From Octopus sinensis (lineage: Eukaryota): a stretch of DNA of 64,000 nt. The notes under the pieces are model-generated. The model was not told the DNA's origin and did no database searches. It saw only the letters and a program-made list of their open reading frames with translations. The DNA lies in contig NC_042997.1 in the NCBI RefSeq assembly GCF_006345805.1, forward strand, positions 1,736,001-1,800,000. The letters are read 5' to 3'. Shown in pieces: positions 12,353-26,617 of the stretch. A program made the position numbers and the translations under genes. The number at the start of each line of letters is the position of its first letter. The first letter of the stretch is position 1.

Positions 12353-15300
12353 TGAAATGAATACAAAATTCAAAAATTAAGAGATACAAGATAATAAAAA
12401 TAAAAAAAAACAATAAAACAGATAAATAAAATTTAAGGGATAAAATAGAAATTAATACAGTGAGTGTGCGTGTTTGTGTGCTTGTGTGTGTGAATTTGTG
12501 ACGGAGGGTGAATGCATACGTTAATATGTGTATGTACGTGTATGGAAATGTTTATTTAAATACATGGGATTCGAAAGTATTTTTTACTTAAAACCGGGAA
12601 ACGAGACTATCTTTCATACGTGTTCCATTTATCTCAGGTAATTTGACTGTTTTGACAATGTAAATATATGCCTTCTGTCTCGCACATGATTTTTTTCTTA
12701 CAAAAGCTGATACATTGATATGTCAGCAAATACTGTATTTGTTCTATTTTTAAGCCGCCTGTTAAATCTAAATATTGGTGTGTGCAAACATGACAGAATG
12801 TCAAATAGCAAAAAAAAAAAAAAAAAGACTAAAGTTGGGGGTACATGTAATGTTTATAAACATCCTTCATATGCTATCATACATGCCTCCAAATTAGGAA
12901 GAATTCTCTAGAATGAATGGTACTTTAGTTCTGAAATTACTCATAAATACTGGCTAGGAGTAGAAACAGTGTGCCATGCAGCTTTTGATATTAAGCTTCT
13001 TGTAGTTAATGGCTCGGAGTCTCATAAAGGTATCTTAATCATGTAATGTTATGTTACTTGAGCAGTAATACGATTTGAACCCACTAACTTTAAACCGAGT
13101 GACGGATGAACGGAAAGTGTATATTCAGTATCGGGCCACGGATCTACTAAGATATCTCAGGTTCATTCGGCTGGTGAGATTTCACAAATATATGCGTGAA
13201 GTGGACATGCATACTTCTTAATGGGAATCTTAGATAATTAAAGTAATATCGCGGTTAGAGCTGTTATCCGTCCGTAGCTCAGGGACGAGTTACCATGCTG
13301 TATTGCTAACAGATTAGCAAAATTGAGGCTTGCTGAGTTTCCCTCCATTTGAACTTATACATTAAACACCCATAAGGAATTAGTGATGACAATTGATCTT
13401 CATAGCGAATATATTAAAATCCGTGGAACAGTTAATGGCACTTCGTATTTCAAAGAATAACTGAAATATTCATTTTCTTTGATCCAGTTTTACACATAGC
13501 GAGAGATACTAATGACGAATAGAATTTTGAACTCAGAGCGACTTGGATGCATATAAAATATAGTTATGGCACTTACTCCTCTTGGCATTTATTCGTCGTA
13601 ACGATATACAAGATGTATTTAAAGTGCTGTCTTTGAAAAACGCAGAATGATTAACAGACGGTCATTTGGTAGATCAGCAACGTGTAATATAATGTTGGTA
13701 TTTCATTGTGGTGAAACAAATTTAGTACATACGTTTAGTGAGCTATTCTCAAAATAATAAAAGCCTTCATTGTAATAACTATAACTATAGGGTATTTGGT
13801 GTGACAAAAATTTCAAAATTCACAATTTCAGGCTGTTCGTAATTCTGCAGGAGTAGTTTAAAATGCGTGTGTGCTTTGCTTTCAAACCGTGTTCTAGCCG
13901 GGCACATTCTAGATTTAGCCACATAAAATGCGGACAATAAATTCAAAATTCGATGAAAGAAGTTCAAGGCGCAAATTTCGAAACGTACAGTAGTTATGAA
14001 ATATATAAGGGCGAAAAGATATTGTGACGGAAGACGATCAGAAGTTCGAGGAATAAATGATAGCCTATCTGGAAAGTATAAAATTTGAAAGCTGTTTCCA
14101 TTGCTTGTACGAAGAAGCTGCGAAAGATAGAGGGAACCTCTTTGGTGATATTTCGTTTCAGGTATCTGAAATCTATATAATCCATATATAGATCAATATG
14201 CTGATAATTTTTATGTATTTGAAATCTATGTAGTCTATATTTTTGCTTGGAAATCTATATTCAACTACTGTTTTTTCAGCTATGAAGTATAGTTTATTTT
14301 GCAACTTACATTTTACAAAAAATATCGGGTACAGACATTATATTATATATTGATGGCAACAGTTTGTAAATAAATATAAGAGTATTTTAAAAAAATAGAA
14401 ATATGCTGCAACATAGTAATATGTTTACTTATCATATCAATATGTTCATATAACAATATAAAACGTGTATATTATTAAATGTGTAATTTCTCAGTTTTAT
14501 GTTTCTTTGCATAAAATTGAGATATTGGGCAATTTAAATTCCATAAGTCAGGAAATTCATATTTCTGTGATACGAGACCCGCGCTCTCTCACACCGGTTG
14601 GTAGATATCTTCTGAATAAGCAGTGACATCTAAAAATTTAATGTCTGTTATTCGTGCACAATTCCTCCATATTTCTGCAGTATTCCCGAACCATAATACT
14701 TAATAGCTTTTATGCAGATTTTCATGTTATAGCAACCGGTAAAACTGTTGCTATTAATAGTGCATATAATAGATATAATACTGTGAATAAGGTATGTAAC
14801 TTTACATTCCTTATTCATCCATGCTACCTCTACGGTTGTGAATCAATTGCGTTGTAACGATATTATCTACTTCCATGACAAAATTACTTTAGATATCTAA
14901 GCAGAAATTCACATGACCTTAATGATCAGTTGTTAAACCTCGAAACGCGTTGAAAGGAAAATAACATTTATGACGAATGTTCAAACAGAAAAAAAAAGAC
15001 GGGATTATCAATCGAAATGCAAAACCCGTAAATGATGTGATGAATACAAATCTCGTGTATGTATACAAATTCCATAAATGTGAGCTGAGGCCATATTCAG
15101 CGACGTTTTGAAAGGAAGCGTAAAGAACATATTAACAAACCTGTTTAATTTAAAAGATTATTAGAACTAATTTGAAGACAGCATTCAACAACTGTAAAAG
15201 TAACAACTAATTCTGATAACAAAAATGTTATATTTGTATCTTATGGTATGTCTCTTTTAACAGACAAAGAGTAAAAAATAAATAATGTTTAACAGCGACA

Positions 15301-16519
15301 AAAATAATTGTACCTGGTATCAAAGCGATTAATTCTTTAATACATACCGATCAATTAGCAAATTATTATATGATTCCATTAATAAAGCCTCCCTGTAAGG
15401 TGACTAAAATAATCTAAATCTTATTATGAATTGAGTAAAAGAACTCAGCTAATAAAACAGTGTTTAAAATCAGTATTGTCCTTTACAGTTACTAAGCGTA
15501 CGAATATTTCTAACCGTGTCGTTTTATGTGCGTTATTAATAGTATGAAATTGGAGGTTCATTTAGTAACGATTTCCTGTGTTGCTAATTATTGCCAGTAA
15601 ATACATCCTGTAAGTCTACTTTTAATGCTTTGAAATATCTTATAATTGTAAATGAAATTGGGTGAGAAAAATATATGTAGTATACACGGAGGCCTTCTTT
15701 TGCACATGAACTTTCAACCTGAAGACATATATTCAAAATTGCGTACAGTTCTCTAGATATTTTCCATGGTACAATCCAGTAGACCCGAGATATCTCTGCA
15801 GAAAATACAGACATTTCGAGATTTCTTAACATAACTTAGTATCTAATGCATCTCTACAGCCCACTATGTATAACTTCTGTTGACATCATTTTAGAGCAGA
15901 ATGCAGAAGTAAAGAAAATGGCATATAAGCAAACACACAGTCATGTTCTTCTTCATATGTGGTCATTATGACGCATCAGGCTGCCACGCCCAAAGGAAAC
16001 TCTAAACGATATACCAACTGTACACCCTCTCCATAAATTCATCAAACGATATCGGATACATGGTTCATTAGTTGAAAGCCTTCATGAAGTTAATAAATAT
16101 AATGGAAGCTGAAACACGTTATTCTACAAATTTTTCTGAAATTGCCACGAAATGAAAATATGATATGCCTTGACAAAATTTGGAGGATGCGCTTCTTCGG
16201 ATATCTTTGCATTCTCTTAGCCAGCATATGTGACAGTATTTTCCTGCAAGTCAGAGAGAAAAAATTATTTAGATGTCACGACAGTATTGTCAGTCGTCAG
16301 AGCTCTTGTAAATTTGCATCAGTGAAATTATGGCAGGGATTGCGTCTGTGCTATTTATATTTTAAAAATCAAGGAAATCTAATTCCTAATTTTTACCCAT
16401 AATACTATCAGGTTTCAATAAAATTTTATAATACCAAACATTTTCTTGGAGTCTATCGTAGGTACGATAGTTGAAAGCACCTCCATATTCGGCTCGGCAG
16501 TGACTACGTTCGTATATAT

Positions 16520-16571
<52 letters not shown>

Positions 16572-16790
16572 TGTGTGTCTGTGCGTGTGTGTGTGTGTGT
16601 ATGTATGTGTAAGAATATGACTGTGTGTATGTGTGTGTCTGTGCACGTGTATGTTAGGATATTAAGTGAAAATTAGTTTACTGAGAAATCAATAAAAGTA
16701 GTGTCAACTTTATAAAAGAATCTGAGTTAACAGCGACTTCAAATTTCTCCAATTGCCTTACTAAACGCATGCAGACACACACACACGCGC

Positions 16791-16831
<41 letters not shown>

Positions 16832-16854
16832 CAAACACAAACAAATAACATGCT

Positions 16855-16992
16855 CTGGTCCTTAATTTATCGACCCCGAACGGATGAAAGGCAAAGTCGA
16901 TCTTGGCAGGATTTTCAATCAGAATGTAAAGACAGACGAAATATCGCTAAGCATTTCGCCCGGCGTGCTAACTATTTTGCCAGCTCGCCACC
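16855..16992 (-). mobile_element. 3'-truncated SINE, family C
   Basis: ttaatttatcgaccccgaa...gcatttcgcccggcgtgctaac...tgccagctcgcc is nearly identical to 45730-45861. Confidence 0.9.
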
Positions 16993-17236
16993 ATATTTGA
17001 AACCAATATTTTAGAAACTCTCCATGTCTGACCTCGAATTCATGAATGATAGATGCTTCATTTAACGAGGAGAATATAGCCTCGAGAGAGAACAATTGAT
17101 TTAAAAAAATAATTAGAATAACTTTTCACTTTTCTCTCATCAAAAATCGAGGCATTTTTCACGATGTAAAGTTATTCTAGATTTCTGGAATAATTTTTAT
17201 TCTAGTCTTGCAAACTCCAACGCCATAAATTTTATT

Positions 17237-17242
<6 letters not shown>

Positions 17243-17302
<60 letters not shown>

Positions 17303-17345
17303 TGTATGTATGTATGTATGTATGTATGTATGTATGTATGTATGT
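17243..17345. repeat. (TA)n followed by (TATG)n microsatellite
   Basis: Direct reading. Confidence 0.97.
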
Positions 17346-18489
17346 GTGTATATGTCTTCTAAGCAGTGTCATTGAACGTAGAGCAGCGATGTGCAATTTA
17401 AGGCAATTCAAGCAGAAACATGCATTCAGAGCTTCCCTCCTGGCTTCAGACAAGAGTACGACTGAGTTCATTTCGAGAATTTTTGTTTATTCGCTAGAAT
17501 GGTCGTTTCCCAGAATCCGTTTCTCACTAGAATCCGTTTCGCGGATTTTGCTTCCGTTACTTTCGACGAGAAGATGATTTCGACAATCGGAGAACTGCTT
17601 TTGTGTGGCATTTAGCATAAATCTTTTTTCAAATTCATGTTATGCGCACTTCTGAATTATTGCTCTTAATTCAACTCTGCCAGTCATCTGTTTTAGGATG
17701 GATTCACTAGAACAATCGAACGTTATTTATATTATGAATGTGTCAGAAAAATCGACTAATAATTGATATTGTTTAAATAAATTAATATTCTAGCAAATTT
17801 CTATCTGAATAAGAAGAATAACATAATCAAATATTTTATCGACAACCAATATTTGTAATATAATACATCATTTTCTTTTTAGTGGGAATATGAAATTATT
17901 ATTCTCTTAATTGTTTGTTTAATTATTCTCTCACTTATAGCAATATATTTTAGAGAAGAAATCAAAATTGTTTGTTATATCTACTTGTGTCACGAATTTG
18001 AAAGTCACGCAATATGTAAATATATTTGTTAAATATTCGAGGTAGAAATTGATATTGTGTCTTCGTATTTTTTTTTACTACATATAAAAAAAAAACCTTT
18101 GTTGATATATATTGCTGGAATATAATTAAATATTCTTCCAACACGATTTTCAATATAACTATTAGAAACGAAAGTGTTTTATGACTTACATCCCCAAAAC
18201 ATTTTAAGATAGTTCTGGGACATGTTAATTCATCATCCTTAATTTTACATGATGTTTTACATATATCAAGATAACATTTATGTGAGAGTTAGATTTTAGT
18301 CAAACATACTAATGAAGGCAGGTACCCCCATTCTGATAGAAGTTGCGTAAATGTGATCACATTTATTAATGTTTTTCGGAATAAATTGGAATATATGAAC
18401 TCTCCCGTTACACACCACCACTTCCTGGCGTTTCAATAAATTACAATATGACATAATGTGAAGAAGCTTTTATACCAGATGTATGCATG

Positions 18490-18672
<183 letters not shown>

Positions 18673-21600
18673 CTGCGGACTAATGTACATATCTCTATGA
18701 ATAGTGTTGATATATGTTTCGTTCTTAATACATATAATTGGATGTATTGGAATTTTCACAAAAACATTACAGTTATTGCAAAGAATTGTGTATAAATCAG
18801 GGATGCAAAATTGGCATCAATAGTAAGAGAAGATAAGATTATTGGCAAAAAATACTCAATGAAGAAACAGAAAGGAGATGCATTTGGGATGTACGGTTAT
18901 TAGCCCAGTGATTGAAGATTCTTTTGTATAAAACAAATTGAGCACATTTATATATCTTGCTTATAGTGGGAGAGGTGCTTGCATTGTATTTATATTGATC
19001 AAATAGAAACATATGCGAGTAATATCGTAGGAACAATACTTGATTTAATTCTTCTCTGAAAGAAAATTAAGAAAAATCTTAGAATGTAAAGACTTTTCTA
19101 TATTCATAAGTATAATATAACATAAGTAAAAAGACACAAATATCAAAAAAGAAAAAAAATATATACCCTGAATAACTGATGAAGTAAAACTTTTGCCTTG
19201 CTAAAACTTTTGATTCGAATGTGAGGCCAGTTTTTAAATTATAATTTCAGTAGCCTTGTGTCGATCTATATTATGTGAGTAAAACTATATCCAGAAAGTC
19301 TATAGAGGCACGGTAGATTGATTGTATATATAACGGAAGACATTTCCTCGCACCTTCACACTTCTACTGCCTGAAAATTACAATTATGTTAAATCCACAG
19401 TAATTTTGAAGTTAAAAGATACATGGAGAGAAAAATTTCGTATGTTGAAGAACTGAATACTCATCGAATTTACCGAAGACATCCCAAGTGTGTTAGTCTG
19501 CTGTTTTTTTTTTTTATATTACAGAACAAACGACTCTTACCCCTGCAATATCTATATATCCCAGTGTTCATATCACTGCATAGTGCAGTGCATTATTTAT
19601 AATGATTAATAAAATATTATATTAAATAGGCAGTGCAATGCCAGTTGCATATAAACGTGAGAAACGAGTAACAACAAATAAACCACTTGTCTACCTTTTA
19701 GACTTATTGGGATTTAACCAATTAAGCGAAACTATAGAATACTGAGAAGCTGGCAACTTGTCAAAGATATGTGTGGATGAATGTACTGTAAATTTAATAA
19801 AGTGGTTGAGGTGCAATAGCCAGTGAACCTCTTGCTGTTGCTATGTTACCTGCTGTTTACATTTGCACCGTGATGACTTGGATATGACATATTATCAGAC
19901 GTTTCCCGATTGGGACTCAACCAACGCACAGGATTAATACTTTAACATTAGGTAACGTCACTACCTAAAATGGTCATGTGCTTGAAGGCTTATGTTGAAG
20001 GCTAAAGTTTGAAATAATCGCTGTCCGTCCTACCTGACGTAACTGCGCAAGATCTGTTCAGAAGCAGTTGAGTGATTATCACAACTATTTTGTTTTTACC
20101 ACGAATGATAAGTCGATTCAGTTAATCACTGAAAATTAAGTTCGCCATCATATTTCATATACTAAACCCATCAGATATCAAGTAGCCTGAATTATGAAGA
20201 TTGTCGGTTATATAGCTATATCTGTCAGTGCAATACTCGGAACCCTCTCTTAACATTTATTCAGAAAGCTTATTCATCGCCATCATTTTTTGTTTCTATT
20301 TACAACGGAGTTTTAGTCCAGAATTATCTAAACTTAAGATTACATCTGAAGACTATTGGTACAATTATTTTTTACGCTGAAATAAATGCATAGAAGTCCA
20401 TTAATTTAACTACAAGTCAATGCCTCAAGCTTCTAAATTAATCAGCCAATTGTCTATGCGTATAAATATCAGTCCATAAATCCACTTTAAGATGTCGGGT
20501 ACTAAATATCAACGGCAAATGAAAAAAAATTCAGTGTCGTTATTTACTTCAGTATATTGTGTACTTTAATATAATAAGTAAGACGCAAGAAAATAATTTT
20601 AGGTAAACAGCTATACAGAAAATTAACATCAACAATCTCAATTTATTCAAAGTTAAAATGTCTTGTTGAAAGAAAGGAAATGACCAGACAGCTATGGTTA
20701 CTAAGAATCTACATATCTGATTGAATGATTTCGATCCTATACATATATGTGATATAAAAATATTTAATAATAAAGAAAAGAAAGCATATGAATTGAAACG
20801 TGAAGATAATTGTTTAAAACAAGTAAATACAGAAAGCGCATGTGGATTCTCATGTATATTCATTAAAACATATAGAACGAGCAAGTCAAAATTTAATTTA
20901 GCTAAATTCTCATTTTCCATCAAAATGTAATATTCATAATTGTCTTCTCTAGCATCTCAAATCTTTATGATTAGTGAGTTTTCCAATAATTTCCTACATT
21001 TTCTTCTCACTCACCCTACCACAATCTAAGCACTGTTTACTTTTGTACATACATTTCATTTAATTCTTAAGTCATTTTTCTTCTGTCAAAATTCCAGAAA
21101 TTTGGTTTTGTTACTATTTATTATTTTTGTGATATTTCATGTGAAAGTAAAATACTTCTTTTGTCTTTAGTATACGTAGTGTACACCAACAACAGTTGTG
21201 CATGTGTGCGTGCGTGGGTGTGTGTATGTGTGTTCATATATTCATATATAGGTGTGTATATGTTTATGTACTTGAGTGTGTGCGTGAATACAAATTTTAA
21301 TGCACGAACGCACACCATATACACGCACAAACAAATACATACATACACACACAGATATATACATGGTTCTCTTCTATCTTTATTTATTTGAAGGCTTCCT
21401 GTAATGAGGAAGCTCTTTTGTAAACAAAAGTACAAAATCTTCTCGTTGGAATGTAGATAACAAGAACAAAATCACATTGTGAACTTGAGACAAGTTTTGC
21501 GTTTTTTTACTCTATCTTCTACAGTTTGTACTTGTAATGAGGGTGTTAGCTGGTTGACTTCTTTATCTGACACCCTAGCTTATATAGATTGTCGCTTAGG

Positions 21601-22695
21601 AATTTCGTCACAAATCCTGGTGCATTGTTTATTATCGATATTAATGCGAATTTATAATCTGGGCATATAATTGAGTGTTTTCGATGCAGTGGCCACGAGT
21701 TATTCTCTTTGTTTTTGATTTTCGAAGAGTTATTACAATTAGCAAGGCAGTTAGTCTGTTGACGGTACAAGATATTTCATCTTAGTTCCAAACAATCATA
21801 TCCAGCCAGATATATTTGCACTTGTTTTGAGGGGAATATAGCACATTTATTCCTTGTATCAATGCTTATACATGTATTTAATAAGGACGGGTTTTCAATA
21901 TTCTTTTCATTCGGGTGGCATTATATATTGTTTTAGCTGCAATGTCATATCATATTGGGAAGTGGGACCTTGGTGGTATTTGTGGCCTGCTGCTAGTGAC
22001 ATGTACTATGTGATCCACAGAAATGCAACGCTTTCGTGATATGTGTATGCATAAGGTAAGTAGTGTAAGGAATTACCGGCTTCTTACACTAAACGAAACG
22101 AATGGAAGAGGGAGAACAGGCTGACGTATGAAAGAGATAGGTGGTGTACAAGGAGATCCATCTGACTATGGGTGAGTTTCTTTAAGTATAATGGGTGTCA
22201 AACACCTGATGTTATTGATGCAGATGATATATATATATATATATATCTAACTTGCTTCTTCAGCCATTGATATTACCCAAGTGTATGATTACGGCCTTTT
22301 TCTCATCCAATTTCTCCAGCCCAGACAACTGTGTGTCTTCTGTGAGACATTTAACATTGACATCGATCCCTCATTCTTAACTTTATCACCCGGCCTATAT
22401 ATACCATAATCTTAGAATTCCCCATTGTACCTCCGTTTCATCTCCTCATACTTAATTTCTTGTAAAATTTCGTTCTGCACCGTGTCTCAACATCAGCAAA
22501 TCCTTCGATATTTCTTCTAGCACTTAACGTATTCTGCTGTTCAAATTGATAATATTACAACCTCATACGACAAAAGGTTTCGTAACGCAATGTATATAGT
22601 GCAAGTCAATAATCAATTTCGTTCCCCATTTTATCGCACCCTACATACACACACGCGCACACATACACACACACACACCCACACCATATATATAT

Positions 22696-22776
<81 letters not shown>

Positions 22777-23074
22777 AGGTGTGTGTGTGTGTGTGTGTAT
22801 AAGAAATAATGATAACGATATTAAATATGGAGATTTGTTCATCCTCAAAATTTCTTTCTTTTTTATATACAATTTCATACAGCATATCCTTATGGCTAAT
22901 ATGACCTACACGTGTTCTCGCTGCACAGAGTATGGTCTGTTGCATATACAACCGGGCAGTTCGTTCAGGATATGTCCATTAGCTACTTTCGACTTGAACT
23001 GAATGGAGTTAGATGATTTGGGTTTGGATCCGCCATATTCTATATCAGTAAATCATTGTTGATATACACTTTAA

Positions 23075-23453
23075 GTGAAGGCTCAATGGACCAGTGGTTA
23101 GGGCAGCAGAGTTGCGGTCGTAGGATCGCGGTTTCGATTCCTAGACCGGCGTTTTGAGAATTTATTGAGCGAAAACACCTAAAACTACGAGAACCTCCGG
23201 TACGGGGTTTTGTTGAACACTGCTGTACTCTTTCACCACAACTTTCTCCCTCTCTTTATTCCTGTTTCTGTTGTACCTGTATTGCGTGGGTCCAGTCTTG
23301 CCACACTATGTGTCACGCTGAATCTCTCCCAAAAACTACGTTAAGGGTACAACTATCTGTGGAGTACTCAGCTATTTGCTTGTTAATTTCACGAGCAGAT
23401 TGTTCCGTTGGTCGGATCAACTGGAACCGTCGTCGTCACCAACAGAGTGTTAC
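23075..23453 (+). mobile_element. tRNA-derived SINE (head A + tail X), diverged
   Basis: tggaccagtggttagggcagc...ggtttcgattcc; colinear with the reverse complement of 3527-3911. Confidence 0.9.
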
Positions 23454-24080
23454 GATACACATTAGATTATACTACTATCCAGAGAAGCGAACAAAGAATT
23501 ACGCTTTGAAGGAATTCACAGCGTGGGTGACACCACATAGTAGTCATAAAAGTTAAAAAGTAATCGATGCGATAAGAGTTAATCTGGAACATAACTGAGA
23601 ACCACCACGGTATCCGCCCTCCAAATTCATGTACATATATACATACATACATGCATATATATATGCATGCATGAATACATACATACATACATACCTACAC
23701 ACATACATACATACATACATGCATACTTATATATATATATATATGTATATAAATATATATATATTATATATATATAAAGGTGTTGTGTGGTGGTGTGTGT
23801 ATAAGAAATAATGATAACGATATTAAATATGGAGATTTGTTCATCCTCAAAATTTCTTTCTTTCTTTTATTATACATTTCATACAGCATATCCTTATGGC
23901 TAATATGACCTACACGTGTTCTCGCTGCACAGAGTATGGTCTGTTGCATATACAACCGGGCAGTTTCGTTCAGGATATGTCCATTAGCTACTTTCGACTT
24001 GAACTGAATGGAGTTAGATGATTTGGGTTTGGATCCGCCATATTCTATATCAGTATAATCATTGTTGATATACACTTTAA

Positions 24081-24459
24081 GTGAAGGCTCAATGGACCAG
24101 TGGTTAGGGCAGCAGAGTTGCGGTCGTAGGATCGCGGTTTCGATTCCTAGACCGGGCGTTTTGAGAATTTATTGAGCGAAAACACCTAAAACTACGAGAA
24201 CCTCCGGTACGGGGTTTTGTTGAACACTGCTGTACTCTTTCACCACAACTTTCTCCCTCTCTTTATTCCTGTTTCTGTTGTACCTGTATTGCGTGGGTCC
24301 AGTCTTGCCACACTATGTGTCACGCTGAATCTCCCCAAAAACTACGTTAAGGGTACAACTATCTGTGGAGTACTCAGCTATTTGCTTGTTAATTTCACGA
24401 GCAGATTGTTCCGTTGGTCGGATCAACTGGAACCGTCGTCGTCACCAACAGAGTGTTAC
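24081..24459 (+). mobile_element. Duplicate of the SINE at 23075
   Basis: Same sequence, inside the second unit of the 1 kb duplication. Confidence 0.9.
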
Positions 24460-24950
24460 GATACACATTAGATTATACTACTATCCAGAGAAGCGAACAA
24501 AGAATTACGCTTTGAAGGAATTCACAGCGTGGGTGACACCACATAGTAGTCATAAAAGTTAAAAAGTAATCGATGCGATAAGAGTTAATCTGGAACATAA
24601 CTGAGAACCACCACGGTATCCGCCCTCCAAATTCATGTACATATATACATACATACATGCATATATATATGCATGCATGAATACATACATACATACATAC
24701 CTACACACATACATACATACATACATGCATACTTATATATATATATATGTATATAAATATATATATATATATATATATAAGGGAGGTGGCTGTTTGTACG
24801 TACACAGGTGAACACACACATACACATGTATTGCGCGTTGCCTGTTTCCAGCAATATATATTGATCGAAAGCAAAATCGTTAATAAAATGTTTACCCTCC
24901 AAATTCTGAGATGTTCATTTCAACTCTTTTGTAGAAATAAACATCCATTA

Positions 24951-25033
24951 TTCCATCCCCCCATCCATCCATCCATCCATCCATCTACCCATCCATACAT
25001 CCATCCATCCATTCATCCATCCATTCATTCATT
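24951..25033. repeat. (CCAT)n/(TCAT)n microsatellite
   Basis: Direct reading. Confidence 0.93.
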
Positions 25034-25169
25034 CAACTGTTTCTCTCTTCTCGCTCTCGCTCTCTCTTTCTGTATCTGTCTATCTGTATATCTGTCTATC
25101 TAGAGTCTAGATAAACAGAGTCTAGATTCTAGACACACAAATAATCATTACCATAAATATGTATGTATG

Positions 25170-25204
<35 letters not shown>

Positions 25205-25209
25205 ATATG

Positions 25210-25244
<35 letters not shown>

Positions 25245-25359
25245 GGCATTATTACACATAAATGCCTCACACTAAGAGGGACAAAGTCATTATTACCAAA
25301 ATTATACTAATCATACCTAAATGCAGTTTTTCAAAGCAAGACATTTAAAAAATGAATTT

Positions 25360-25417
25360 AGTTCTGTATCACCGTGATTTCACATTCAACTTACGTCTTA
25401 TGATCATCAGCAGAACT
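25360..25417 (-). ncRNA. Type I hammerhead ribozyme motif
   Basis: Minus strand reads agttctg CTGATGA tcat-aa-gac-GTAA-gtt-ga-atgt GAAA tcacggtga TA cagaact. Stem I is 7 perfect bp, the core is canonical, stem III is atca/tgat and the triplet is AUA. The stem II closing pair is U-U. Confidence 0.8.
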
Positions 25418-25944
25418 GATTCTGAACACATCATAAATAAACAACCAACCTTACGTAGCGAAGACGAACAGACAACTGGCCACTCCGGCCAAGCACATGG
25501 AATGTTTATAAATCATATATCCGGTAAATGGCGGGCTTTTTACGAACTGCATGTCGGGTAATGAAAAGTATTTCGGAATAAGTTTAACAATTAAGGATAA
25601 TCTCTTAATAAGGGATCTTAACAAGAAATTATCGGGTAGTTAGCCGATAATATAGATATAATTAATTTGTTCAAAAGAAAAAAATTATTTTCGAATTCTT
25701 TTCTTTTATGAGGTTTTCACGCTAACTACCCGATAATTTCTTGTTAAGATCCTTTTAAGAGATTATCCTTAATTGTTAAACTTATTCCGAATACTTTTCA
25801 TTACCCGACATGCAGTTCGTAAAAAGCCCGCCATTTACCGGATATATGATTTATAAACATTCCATGTGCTTGGCCGGAGTGGGCAGTTGTCTGTTCGTCT
25901 TCGCTACGTAAGGTTGGTTGTTCATTTATGATGTGTTCAGAATC

Positions 25945-26001
25945 AGTTCTGCTGATGATCATAAGACTAAGTTGAATGTGAAATCACGGTGATACAGAAC
26001 T
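25945..26001 (+). ncRNA. Type I hammerhead ribozyme motif (second copy)
   Basis: agttctg CTGATGA tcataagactaagttgaatgt GAAA tcacggtga TA cagaact. Has a 1-nt deletion in loop II relative to the minus-strand copy. Confidence 0.75.
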
Positions 26002-26303
26002 AAATTCATTTTTTAAATGTCTTGCTTTGAAAAACTGCATTTAGGTATGATTAGTATAATTTTGGTAGTATGACTTTGTCCCTCTTAGTGTGAGGCATTT
26101 ATGTGTAATAATGCCCTCTATACAATATAGATATATTAATAATTTGTTCAAAAGAAAAAAATTATTTTCGAATTCTTTTCTTTTATGAGGTTTTCACGCT
26201 AACTACCCGATAATTTCTTGTTAAGATCCCTTATTAAGAGATTATCCTTAATTGTTAAACTTATATATATATATATATTGTTATATATATATATGTATGT
26301 ATG

Positions 26304-26354
<51 letters not shown>

Positions 26355-26617
26355 TCTATATATATATATATATATATACATACATACAGTAGTAACTATA
26401 ATCAAATCTGGGGGAAAGCAAAAAATTGTGCAAGAAATATTCTATTAGAGTAAGCAATCCAATTATAATGAATACAGGTTTATTTTATTTATTCTCAGAA
26501 GTAAATCTGTCAATAAATCTATACATATTTACTTCCAATACGCGCACACACACACACCCACACTCACAATCACTCACACAGAAACACACCTTTATATATA
26601 TATAAGTTATATGAAAT

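Larger units (their letters stand above)
22776..24778. repeat. ~1.0 kb near-identical tandem duplication (two units)
   Basis: ataagaaataatgataacg... starts at ~22799 and ~23801. Identical ORFs 23467-23688 and 24473-24694 are offset by 1006 bp. Units are bounded by TA/TG microsatellites. Confidence 0.96.
25241..26263. mobile_element. Penelope-like pseudo-LTR / retrozyme-like element: inverted copy + full unit + partial tandem unit
   Basis: 25241-25644 is the reverse complement of 25721-26119. 26125-26263 directly repeats ~25649-25784. Each long arm carries a hammerhead fold. Flanked by (TA)n/(GA)n. No ORF. Confidence 0.75.

Noticed and set aside
13950-13990. tcgatga-aa-gaagtt...aatttc-GAAAcgTA hammerhead-like string
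   Set aside because: The first core motif is altered and there is no stem I pairing.
16453-16476. 8-bp hairpin ctatcgta-gg-tacgatag followed by GAAA
   Set aside because: No CUGANGA motif and no stem I/III; may be chance or a very old relic.
17340-17471. CFCLNCLK peptide resembling a BEL/Pao Gag zinc knuckle
   Set aside because: His/Cys spacing is incomplete and no other LTR-element motifs are nearby.
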